NCBI GenBank assembly: GCA_964016885.1
Contig: OZ024741.1
Location: forward strand, 56,234,001-56,298,000
Length of the DNA: 64,000 nucleotides
Direction of reading: 5' to 3'
Origin: Eledone cirrhosa
Lineage: Eukaryota
Shown: positions 27,101-39,100 of the stretch, piece after piece
Position numbering within the stretch: position 1 is the stretch's first letter
Layout of the letters: each line of letters opens with the position of its first letter
Position numbers and translations under genes: made by a program
Notes under the pieces: model-generated
Told to the model about the DNA's origin: nothing
Seen by the model: only the letters and a program-made list of their open reading frames with translations
Database searches by the model: none

Positions 27101-30100
27101 TTCTGAACACCCACCTCCGCTGCTAATTCGGTCACCTAGGTAGCAGAAGCTGTCTACTGTTTCTACAGAGCCCTCCCAGAGATTGGTGGTACTTGTTTCC
27201 AGTGGCTGTTTGCTGCTTGCTGTCCCAGCACAGTTGCTGCATGTGAAGTCTACATTCTTAATTAAGCTTCCTGAGATCCCGCTACATCTCTTGTGCACCC
27301 ATTGTTTGCATTTGGGGCAGAGAATGGAGTTCCTACCTACACCTTTCCTACATACTGAGCAAGGCCATTTCCCTGAGGGGATTTGGGTTCTGTCTTCTCA
27401 TCTACTTACAAGGACCTTAGTCTTTGTCATGTTGACTTTGAGACCCTTTCTTTCTAGTCCCTGCTTCCAAGTTTGGAATTTCTTCTCTAGTTCTACCATA
27501 GATTCAGCTATAAGTGCGAGGTCATCAGCATACAGGAGTTCCCATGGGCATCCGGTCTTAAACTCCTCCGTTATTGCCTGCAGGACTATGATGAACAGGA
27601 GGGGCTAAGAACAGAGCCCTGGTGGACCCCAACCTGTACACTAAATTCCTCGCTATACTCATTGCTAATCCTAACTTTGATGACTGCTCCCCTATACACG
27701 GCGTGTACCGCTTTCACAAGCCATTCATCTACTCCTAGTTTTCTAAGAGCCCACCAGATTACAGCACGTGGAACTCTGTCAAAGGCTTTCTCAAGATCGA
27801 CGAATGCCAGGTAGAGTGGCTTACTTTTAGCTAGGTACTTTTCCTGTAACTGCCTCACAAGGAAGAGGGCATCAGTGGTGCCTCTTCCTAGTACAAACCC
27901 AAATTGCATCTCATCTAGTTTCACTCGGTCCCTAATCAACTGTGCTATAACTCTTTCTGTTACTTTCATGACCTGGTCCATCAGCTTTATACCTCTATAG
28001 TTTCCTCTATCTTGTGCATCACCTTTACCTTTGTAGCAGCTGACACTGATGCTACTGCACCAATCTTTTGGTATGACACCTTCTAGCATTACCTGGTTAA
28101 CAATACGTGTGGTTATAGTGTGACCTACAGACCCAGATGCCTTCAGCATCTCGGCAACTATACCCGATGGACCGGTTGCCTTCCCCATCTTCATATCTTT
28201 GATTACCTTACTTACTACGCTGCTGCTGACTTTTACTGCTGGCCCCTCTATAGGGTCTACTTGGGGTAGGGTCTCTTCTTCCCATGCATTCTCCTCATTT
28301 AGTAATCTATCATAATGACTCTTCCATGCATCTTTCTTCTCAGCACTTGTGAGGGCAAGCTCACCTTTATCATTCCGGATACACTTCTCTCCAATGACAT
28401 CACAATTCTCTCTGACACACTGCCTCGCAATCTTGAATACCTCCTGTTTCTGGTCCTCACGTTGCAAAACATGCTTGAATTTTCTATCCTCTGCTTCCCT
28501 CCTAGCTAAGTATACTTGTCGCCTAGCTTCCCTCTTGGTCTCTATGTAATGTACCCTGCTCCCCCCGTTCTTCCATTCTTTCCATGCCTGTCTCTTGGCC
28601 TTAACTGCCTCATCTACCTTATTGTTCCACCACCAAGTCACTCTCCTCCTGCTTGTGGTCTTACTCCAGCCACAGACCTCATCCGTCGCCTCTAGTAAGT
28701 TATTTTTTAGGAACTTCCAGTGCTCTTCTACATTGAATGTCTATATCTGTTCTTCTTTACTGTCGTAGGCGTTGAGTAAAATATCTTTGTGGTGGGAAAA
28801 AGCTATCTCACATACCGCTTTTCAAAGGCGCCACTCTGATCTCCACTGCATGGTAGTTTGAAGACCGTTTCGTGTACGTCCTTCTTCCTCGGTTGGCCGT
28901 CTCTATCCACGTATCAACAGTCCCATATCGTTTTGCTCTTTTCACTAGCGCTGCTATCGTCCTGCTCCTTACTCCTCGCCTGCCTAGCACCGGGAGATCC
29001 CAAACTGACGTTTACGCCGTTACTAGGTACTACGCTAGGTACTGCCCAAACTTGCGTTCACCCCGTTGCTAGACACTGCCCAAACTGGCGTTCACCCCGT
29101 TGCTAGGCACCACTAGGCACCTGCAGCCACCGCACGCCACACCATACCCACACGCCCCCCTGATCTCAAGGATCAATTTCCTCCTCGTCTCTCTGCATGT
29201 GGAAGTCTGCTGTCCAGGTTGGTGGTCTACGACATCGTTGCGATCTCCGTAGTATTGGGGCAGGGCTCTGAGTTTCCACCTCATCTTGGGTTTCCTCTTC
29301 CTCGGAGTCCGTCGACACAGTGACTCTTCTTACATCCAGGACATGACGTGGTACCCCGTCCACGGACACATTGTTCTTTGAATTTACGGCCGTCACTGTT
29401 CCCCTTCCCCATTGAGATGTGCAACGTGCATCTGGGGGCTTAACCCAGACTTCTTCGTCCACCTGCACGAATGCACTCTCTTTAACCACTGGCCGTTGTG
29501 GTGGCGTGCACGGGTGCCTCCACTCGTATTTGAATACTGCTCTGTGTGGCACCGATTCCTCGACCTGTCCAACCCGAGGGGACATGTTGTACCAGAACAC
29601 TGCCTCCATAGGTGAGACATGGCCCCGCTCCGCCATTGCCTTGATCGTCCGGTGGTGTCGTTCGATGATTCCATTCCCGCTCGGCCTGTGCGCCGCTCTG
29701 AAGAAACGGTTAACCTTCCATCCATCGAGCATCTCCCTCAGTGCCTCCGAGCGGAACGCTGCGCCGTTGTCCATCAGCAGTTTGTCCACAGGGCCCCGCT
29801 CCAAGAACACCACTCTCAACGTCCGCACGATTTCCTCGGCCGTTCCAGTCCTCATCTCCCTCCATATCGCCATTCGACCTGGTCCACAGTTGACCATCGA
29901 GAGGTACGTTCCCTGCCGGTAGTGCGTCACATCCACTGCTAATCGCTTCCAGTCGCGATCCACCGGGAGACTTCCCGTTTCGTGTACACCCGGGGCGGGA
30001 TCAATGGATTGGCATCGGATGCAGCCTCTAACCACTCCCTGCACACTGTGTCTGCTAACGTCCGGGTCGATTCTCCTGGCTAGGAACAGGCTCCTATCCA

Positions 30101-33100
30101 CCCCCATGTGGTGCATGTCATGCAACCCCTTCAGATCCGACTTGGTCAGCCGACACACAGCAGCTATCTCATCCTCTACCTCCTCCGGCGCTCCCATCCA
30201 GGCTTTCTTCACCCTAGTTAATATGTCCGCCCTGTTTTTCTCCGAGGGCACGAAAACTACGCTCAGCCTCAGGTCGAACTCGGTGGCCAGCTCTCCTAAA
30301 GTTGCCAGGCAGCGCTTTATCAGCATCTCCGCCGCGCCTCTCGTTCGCACTCTCTTCTCACTGGTGAGCACTGATCTTACCCATCCGAGAACAGTAGCCG
30401 AGTCGGTGCGTATCTCGATTGTGTGCAGCCCCCACCGCAGGGCGAGGTTCACTCCTCTCAACACTGCGTCCAGTTCGGCCACATTGATGTGATTGCAGTC
30501 GTCCTTCTTTCTAAGCCACGCTGCATCCTCGACCTCAACACCTATCTCCAACGTGATACCCAGCGCTATGCTGCTGGCATCACACCACATGGTCCCACTC
30601 TGGGATTTGGGAACATACCAGCGTCCCCGCACTGGGTCGTCGGCCTTCACTCTTCCCACGATCTCCTGCATCATGGCCACCGTCCTCTCTCCCACTCTGT
30701 CACTCCTCCCGCTCGTCTCTTGACATAGCTGCATGCCGTCCGGAGCCACCCAGCGATCGGGTAGTGACCCACCAGCTTTCCGCACACCGAGAAAAGCTCC
30801 CGCCTACTCATACTTTGGTCCAGTTCTGGAACTTCGTTTCCCCTCTGGAATACCAAAACGCCCGTCCTGTCTCGCCGTAGCCTAAATCCCAGCGCGGCTC
30901 CTCCCTCCAATGCTTCTGACGGCTTCGCAGTCAGTCCGTACCCCTGTAAATGGCTCGTGACCTCCGCCGCCGACACCACCGACTCGTCCACTAAGATGTC
31001 GTCAATGTAGGAGTTAGTAGCTCTCTTTATCTTGTCAGCCTTCCCCAGAACGGTCTTGAGGACCGCCGACATGATCTTCGGTGCGGAGCTCAGCCCGAAA
31101 CCGAGCCTGGTCAGGCAATATGTCCGGCCCTTATACCTGACCAGCTGATACCGCCAGAGCTTCTCAGCTATATGCAACTGCAAGTAAGCCGACTTTAAGT
31201 CTACGATCGCTGAACCCCCCGTCATGCGTCTCCACTCACGCAGGGTTTCCCCGCAGATATCCGTGACCTCGCCACCCGTGTGGCATGACATGTGTTTGTT
31301 CAGCTCCCGATAGTCCAGCACCGGCCTTACCTTGCTCTTCGTGGGTTGCACCACCGCCATTAACGGCAATACTCCGCACTTCACCTCCTCCTTCCAGGGA
31401 AGCAGTATACCCTCTTCGATCCATCTCTCTACTTCTCGCTCGAACTTGCTCCTAACGTTTCCCTTCAATGTATGTTGATAGCAGCCCACTTTGGTCTTCA
31501 GTGTTGGTGGTTCTCCCTTCCAGTACCACTCAACAACCCATCACTGCCCATCAAACACGGCCTTGAAGTCTTTGTCCTGCACAGTGTAAGCGGGGTATTC
31601 CTCCTCGTGGGTCTTCTGGTTCTCATGACGTGCACTCACTGCGCATGCCGATACAGCGGCGCCAAACGACACACCTAGGTTGTCCACCGTGACGCCTCCT
31701 AAACGGCCAATCACGTCCATGCCCATAACCACGCCGATCCCATCCACCACACTGTCTACTACGATGGCCGAAAGCTTTATCCTCCTTCCCCGTACCGCTA
31801 TTTCCACCTCGCTGCGACCTCGGCATTCGATTTTCCTGCCGTCGACTGCCCTTACACTGCTCTTCCCTCCCCACCTCTGCACAACCCCCGCGGTCATCAG
31901 TGTCGTCGTACAGCCCGTGTCCACGAGGGCTCGCTGTGGCTTCCCCTTCACGGGCAGCGCCGCTACTTGTAAGGGGCAACTACCGGCGCAGTAGTTCCCC
32001 TTGGATCGTTTCCCTGGTCACAGTTAGTAGCGATGTGGCCTGGTCGCTTACACCGGTAGCAAATTATCTCCGGCCTCAACTCTCTACAGTCTCTAGCCAT
32101 GTGCGGACCATGGCAACGAAAACAGCGCCCTCTAAACGTTCGCGTGCGACCGCGTGCCGAGGTTGCCTCCCTTTCACCGTTTCGCTGCCAAGTGTCCTGA
32201 GCCTCCGTAGTTGCTATCGCCGCAACACTCTTTTTGGCATCTTCTGCTATGATCCGGGCTTGTTCCACCAGTGAACGCATTTCCATCTCTTTATAACCCG
32301 GGACTTGCTGCAGCCTCACCGCTATGTCGTCTGGAAATCCATTAATGAACGCCAACCGCACCGTGCGTTCGCATTCCGCCTGATAACCAGCCAACATGGC
32401 CAACCGCCTTATTTCCGCTGCGAAAATGTCGACGCGTTCACCATTCCACCTAATTCTCGCCAGCTTAGTAAAAGCTGCCAACGGTCCCTTGGCGAATGCA
32501 TCTATCAGACGCCGCTCAATCTTCTGCGCATCTCTTTGGCTATGCTCATCCAACTCAAGGAAGAGTACCAGCGCGTCTCCCTCGAGGTAGAGTGCCATTA
32601 GGCCAGCCACATCCTCTATCTTCTGCAAGCTTGCGACCAGCCGAACTTTCCGCAGCCAAGCGATTACATCACCCTCCCCGGTAAATGCCCTGATGGCTTC
32701 GCTCGTCCGTAGTCTTGTCGCCATCCTCTGATTTGTCTAGCGGTAAGTGACACAAAAAAAAAAAAAAAACCAACAACAGACTCCTCTCTGTTTTTCCAGT
32801 AGCTTTTTCTTCTTTCTTCTTTGTTCCGTCAGATCTGTTTCCAGTGGCCGAAATAGCTTGTGGTGGGAAAAAGCTATCTCACTTACCGCTTTTCAAAGGC
32901 GCCGCTCTGATCTCCACTGCATGGTAGTTTGAAGACCGTTTCGTGTACGTCCTTCTTCCTCGGTTGGCCGTCTCTATCCACGTATCAACAGTCCCATATC
33001 GTTTTGCTCTTTTCACTAGCGCTGCTATCGTCCTGCTCCTTACTCCTCGCCTGCCTGCTTCCGACTGCCTAGCACCGGGAGATCCCAAACTGGCGTTTAC

Positions 33101-36100
33101 GCCGTTGCTAGGTACTACACTAGGTACTGCCCAAACTTGCGTTCACCCCGTTGCTAGGCACCACTAGGCACCTGCAGCCACTGCACACCACACCATACCC
33201 ACAATCTTTAAATCTGTTACTGGTTGAGGGGTCTTTCAGCTTCCAGATCTTTCTTCTCCAGGTTGGCCTCTGTTTCCAGGTTCGTCTAGTTCTGACTGTG
33301 AGGTCGCTGACAACTAAGCTATGTTGGGATGTACATTCCTCACTAGGGAAGGCTTTTGTGTTTACGACCGTCCTTCTGTCACGTCCTCTGATGAGGATAA
33401 AATCTATCTGACTAGAATGCTCCCCTGATCTATAGGTGATCAGGTGGTTTTCGAGTTTTTTGAAGTTTGTGTTACATATCGACATGTCATTGGCGTCGCA
33501 GAATTCTATAAGTCTGAATCCTTCCTCATTTCTTGTGCCAACCCCATGGCCTCCATTGAAGCTGTCGCAGTGTTTACCTACGTGTCCGTTAAAATCTCCT
33601 GCGATGATTAGGAAGTCATTGTCGTTTGTTAGAGCAGTAGTGTGCATTAGGGGCTCGTAAATCCTATCATTAAGTTCGTCTGGCAACCCCGATTGGGGTG
33701 CGTAAGCTGATATTATTGTGGTAATTGTTTTATTCAGGACTAGTCTGAGTTTAATGATTCTTGCTTTTACCCTGTACGCTGAGATTACTTTATCTACCCA
33801 CTTGTCAGCTAGTAGTATACCTACACCACCCATCCCATCGTCATTTCCCACCCAGAAAAATTTGTAGCATACATCAATTTCCTTTCGCTCTAGCATTTCT
33901 ACGATTTCTCCTGCTCTTCCTTTCATTGTGCTTACATTGATGGTACCAACTCGGAGTTTTGGGCATTTGTCGACACTCGTAGGGAAGGGTCGATTTTTGC
34001 AGGGGTGTGTGTGTGCTTTCTCTCTCTGGATTGGCGCTTCACATGGGTGCTTGGTAGCTCGCGGATTCATATTTCATCTATTAATTCAGAGTTGCTCAAA
34101 TTTAATCTCAGCTCATCCATCCATAACGGTAGGAAAATTCAGGGCTAGAACAGTGGTGGTGGAATAATGGAAGGGTGTGTTGGGCTGGGACAGGGGAGAA
34201 GAGAGTTAGTTAGGTAGTAGTAGCAGAAGAAATGGTATGCTGAGGTTTGATTGGTCGAATAGGCTATGGTGGTGGGAGGGAAATTGTGAGGTAGAGAGAG
34301 GGTCGCCATCAAGGCGATAGAACTAACCGATAGAATACAGCAACAATAATATTAATAATAATAGCCAGTCATGGCCTGTAGCCTTTGATGGAGACAGAGA
34401 CAGAGTCAGCATGGTAGAGGAGACAGAGACAGAGTCAGCATGGTAGGAGAATAACAAAGTAAATGTGTTGTGGTAGCTGAAATACCTTCATAAAATTTGT
34501 ATGGATGGATGACTGGAACGAAGCTAAATCAACTCTAGTGATTCATTTTAGCCTTTCAGAATAGAGTGTCTTATTCTTCAATAGCTTCAAGATGAGTGTG
34601 TGTGTGTATATATATATATTTATATCAAAATAGTAAATTAATTAAGTTGTTATTATAAGAAACTACAGCTATTTTCATATTGTAATTTCTGCACAAAACC
34701 AGTTAAATTTTATTGAACAAAGCAGAACATTTGCTCTCTAAATTCTTTGCCTATATCATTAACCTATCTCTCTCTCTTTCATATAAAATATCTGCACACA
34801 TACTTTCTGTAGTTTACAATATTCCTTCATCAATTTGTCATCACTCTCAGATTGTTAAACTTGTGATTTCTACAAATTAACCTAAGATTTTAATGTAGTT
34901 TCAAATCCAGTAGTTGACAAAATAAATAACTATTTCAGACAAACAGATACATGTATTTTCTCTCTTTACTCTTGTCAATCTTTTTATCAATGAATAATTA
35001 ACAGGTATGAAACCTGGAACTTAAAATTTCAAGAATCATATATGCACATTATCTTACATTCATTACAATATTTTCAACATTACTAGAATGTTGGCTATAT
35101 ATATATATAAATACTTACAGCTAGGAGTTGGTCAGACAACCACGTTTCATTCATTTCTACTAAAAGACTAATCAACCGTATTGCCTGGAACTGCATTTCT
35201 GCTTTGATGTCTTGGGCATGTGGCATATCTGGAGTACTCTGGAATAAACAAGTAATGAATTTCACATCAATTACACCTGTTTCAATGTTAAGACAAAGAG
35301 TAGCTTTAAAAGAAAAAGAAAAAGAATGGTCCTCAAAGCACCCCTATTCACAGAATCAAAAGCTTTGGTGAGCTCAACAAAAACCTGGTACAAAGCCATA
35401 CAATGTTCTAAACATTTCTCCTGTAGCTGGCAAGCCAAGACATTCATGTCCATAAAGCCACATAAGAGCAGATCCACTTGGTAAACCTATTAAGGAAAAG
35501 TTTTGCAAAACCTTTACCCACTGCTTCAAGAAGGCTTATTCCTCGATAGTCGCCTCACATCTACTTTGAAGCTTGAACAAGGAAACAAGGATTGAATCAA
35601 TCCAGGTTTGAGGAACAAGCATACCTGACCAAATATCAGAAATCAAATAGTAAATCACAGCAATTTTGTTACACCCAGAAACACGACCTCAATAGGAATA
35701 ACATCAAGACCTGGTGCCTTCCCAGTCTTTTGGGCCTCTGCCAGAGTAGGATGATCTGACATTTCATGAATAAAATCCAACCGAGGCAAGTTATTGATGA
35801 TACCTGTTAAACTCTGAAGGATTATAAAAAACGATAAAAAAAATGCTCAGTCCAGTGTTCCATTATACAGTGTCAGTCTTTGAAAAGGACAGACATGTCC
35901 TTGGACCTGATAGGTATCATAGACGACGATTGAAGACCAAAAGCCTGATTGACCAGGTGGTATAATGCTTTGGAGTCCTTTCAATCATAGGCACTCTGAA
36001 TTTGCATTGAAATATCTGATCACCATTCATTCTTCATCTGACAGATTCTATGCTGGAGCAATGATTTTACATTCTTGAAGGACTGAAGCAATGCAGAACG

Positions 36101-39100
36101 GTCTTTATCTGAAGCACTCAAAAACTTTTGCCTTCCATAGCTGGTTGATCTGAGAATCATTTTCATTAAAACAGTCCCAATGTTAGATTTGTGACTGTGT
36201 TTCTAACCAGTCAAGTTTGTACACGTTGCCACTCTTCCATCACCATGGGATGTGAATATCTGCACATAAAGATGGCAATGTTAAGTGCTCGTGCTATACA
36301 TATCGCACCCACTCCGTTCCTGCAGCTATGTGTCCAGTGACAAGCTGAGGCAAGATAATAGGACAGTTATGAGGATTGCATGTGTTATTGTCATGGAGTT
36401 TAACCTCATGTATTTATATGTATATGTACAGGACTGATATTTTCCAGCCCAATTCGCCTCCACACGTGGCATGCCTTTGTCCTTTCCTCTCAAAACACTA
36501 ATAATCTCAAGAAAAAAGATGTCACACTTTATTTATTGAATAATATATAATACCTGAATGTTCTTCAGTGCCATGTTGACTAGTCTCATTGGATTGGCCA
36601 TAATTACATCTCGGATGACCTGAGCATCTTTATGTTTTACAATGAACTGTAAGAGAAGTAGAGAGACAAATAAGACCAACTGATATAAAGTGCTGCGTGA
36701 TTTTCACCTCTAACCAAACAACAGTTTGGTACAACTAAATGAAAATGGAAATATGCAAAAGAGAAAGAAAATGGAAGAGAGAAACCTACCTCTAAATATC
36801 TTGTCCATTGTTGGTCAATAATTGTGTTGTCATTAAGGAACAATTCTACAGTTGGCATTGGAAAACGAAGCAGGAATTTCAAGAGGGGTTCTCTAAATGG
36901 ACTGCCAGCCTGTGGAGGGAAAATAGATTAACTTTGAATTTAGAAATTTTCCTTCACATACATAGTATAATTGATGGCATACACAAATACAGAGTTTTGA
37001 TGATCTATACAATAAATGCATCCAGTACACTGTGATAGGAAGAGCACCTAACTGTAAAGTAATCTACCAAATAAAGGTTCAGGAGGACCCCTTTAGCTAA
37101 AGTATTTAGTGCTGGTGAAACAGTTCTAGTTCTGTAGAAGCCATTTCAATATCAAATTTTGATGTCTTCATTCTACTATGTATTGAATACCTTATTTACT
37201 GTGGCTACTCCCGATTAAACTTGGGATCTACACACACGTGTGTGTGTGTGTGGCTTAGTTTGAGGAGCATGCATTGCTTTCTTCTATCACAAAGCAGACA
37301 ATGACAACAACAACAATGTTGTACTTACCTCCATGAATAGGGCCTTTTCTGTTTGGAACGTTAATCTGGTTAAAGGCTCAATAATCTTCTGGGTTGCAGT
37401 TGGCACCAAGTGGAAGATGTTGATTATGGCAGCACAGATTTTTAATTCCTGCAAAGAGAACGACAGACATTGAAATTATTGGCTTATTTTTAGTCCTTTC
37501 GTTATCATCATAATATAATAAAGGGAGGAGTGCGGGAGTGTGTCCTGAATATATTTTTTTATCCTGTTAGTAAAATAAGTTGGATTACTTTGAATAAATA
37601 ATGAATGAATATTACATAATTTATGTACTAAATTTTGTAGCTGTTGATTAAACAAATATTCTTATATATAATGATTGAAAATTTTAAAAGAAGTGAATCT
37701 TAAAATAAGCAAATGTCAATACTTCTGGTTATGATATCACGTACTCTATATCATATCGCTTATATAAACGTTCATATATTTGCATCGTTATATCATAATG
37801 TTTATATTTCTGTTGTTAATTTTCTCCTTTTTTTATTTTCATTACATTTCACCGTAATGCAGTTTATATGTAATATCGTCTTTTTTAAATGTATCGTGGA
37901 TTACTTTACTGATTACAGAAGACACTGTAATACAGTCTCTCTTCAATTTCTGTGCATATTGTCAATTACAATTTTATTTGATGTATCATATCTACATGCA
38001 TATATATATTTGTGTATAATATCAATATGCACACAAGACATGCTAGCAGAAAACCACCTGAAAGGAGGTTTTTCTGCTAGTATTAATTAATGAAGAATTT
38101 GGAGAGTTATTAAATGATGATGATTTAATCATTAAATATTTCATTAAGAATGTATTTGTAACATAATTTAACAAAATATATGTAGTGACCTATAACTCTT
38201 GGGACATTTTACTGTTATATGGCATTTCTTTAAAGTTGGCGGTATTCTAATCCTATTGTATCTCTCTCAGTTATTTACCATGCGACCCTCAGTTCCTAAC
38301 CCCCCCCCCCCCCTCTCTATGCACTTCTTTAAGGCTTACTACCCTGTCTTTAACCTAATTCATTCAATCTGAAAATATTGAAGAGATAAGACACTTTCCC
38401 ATTCTTCTCTGCTAAAATGTATCACTAGAGCTGATTCCAATTTTTCCAGCCATCCATCTAATCTACGAAGGTATTTTAGCCTACATATTGTCGTTAATAT
38501 TATGATGTTCCCTGCTGTATTAGCGTTAAATTTTCCCTGCTGTATTAGCGATAAATTTTCGAGGGTTTCTCTTAGTAGTTTTTTCATGACGTTATTATTG
38601 TTAATTTTACTGATGTAGTATTAACTTATTAACTTGGATATTTACCATGCGGTATTCTAATCCTATTGTATCTCTCTCAGTTATTTACCATGCGACCCTC
38701 AGTTCCTAACCCCCCCCCCCCCCTCTCTATGCACTTCTTTAAGGCTTACTACCCTGTCTTTAACCTAATTCATTCAATCTGAAAATATTGAAGAGATAAG
38801 ACACTTTCCCATTCTTCTCTGCTAAAATGTATCACTAGAGCTGATTCCAATTTTTCCAGCCATCCATCTAATCTACGAAGGTATTTTAGCCTACATATTG
38901 TCGTTAATATTATGATGTTCCCTGCTGTATTAGCGTTAAATTTTCCCTGCTGTATTAGCGATAAATTTTCGAGGGTTTCTCTTAGTAGTTTTTTCATGAC
39001 GTTATTATTGTTAATTTTACTGATGTAGTATTAACTTATTAACTTGGATATTTACCATGCGGTATTCTAATCCTATTGTATCTCTCTCAGTTATTTACCA

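Larger units (their letters stand above)
28788..33203 (-). mobile_element. Compact LTR retrotransposon (gag, PR-RT-RH-IN), 4416 bp, 5-bp TSD
   Basis: LTRs 28788-29152 and 32859-33203 with TG..CA ends; TSD ATCTT at 28783-28787 and 33204-33208; PPT GAGATCAGGGGGGCG before the 3' LTR. Confidence 0.96.
26289..34596 (-). mobile_element. RTE LINE family A, copy 2: near full length, defective, interrupted by an LTR retrotransposon
   Basis: ORF pieces 33204-34070 (EN, small deletions), 27586-28787 (RT) and 26615-27298, with a frameshift near 27600; 3' UTR and (TGA)n tail at 26289-26614; 34480-34596 aligns with the 410-bp monomer of copy 3. Confidence 0.93.

Noticed and set aside
29393-32684. Many 60-170-aa overlapping or antisense ORFs in the LTR element and LINEs
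   Set aside because: Expected shadow ORFs of GC-richer coding sequence; no recognisable motifs.
32872-32882. Tf1-type self-priming by the LTR's own GAGAUAGCU
   Set aside because: It lies only 13 nt from the LTR end, leaving almost no strong-stop DNA, and pairs less well (9 bp with a G-U) than the 12-nt tRNA-Phe match.
38181-38192. tgtagtgaccta matches the start of the LTR at 19827
   Set aside because: Only 12 bp with no further homology; plausibly chance.
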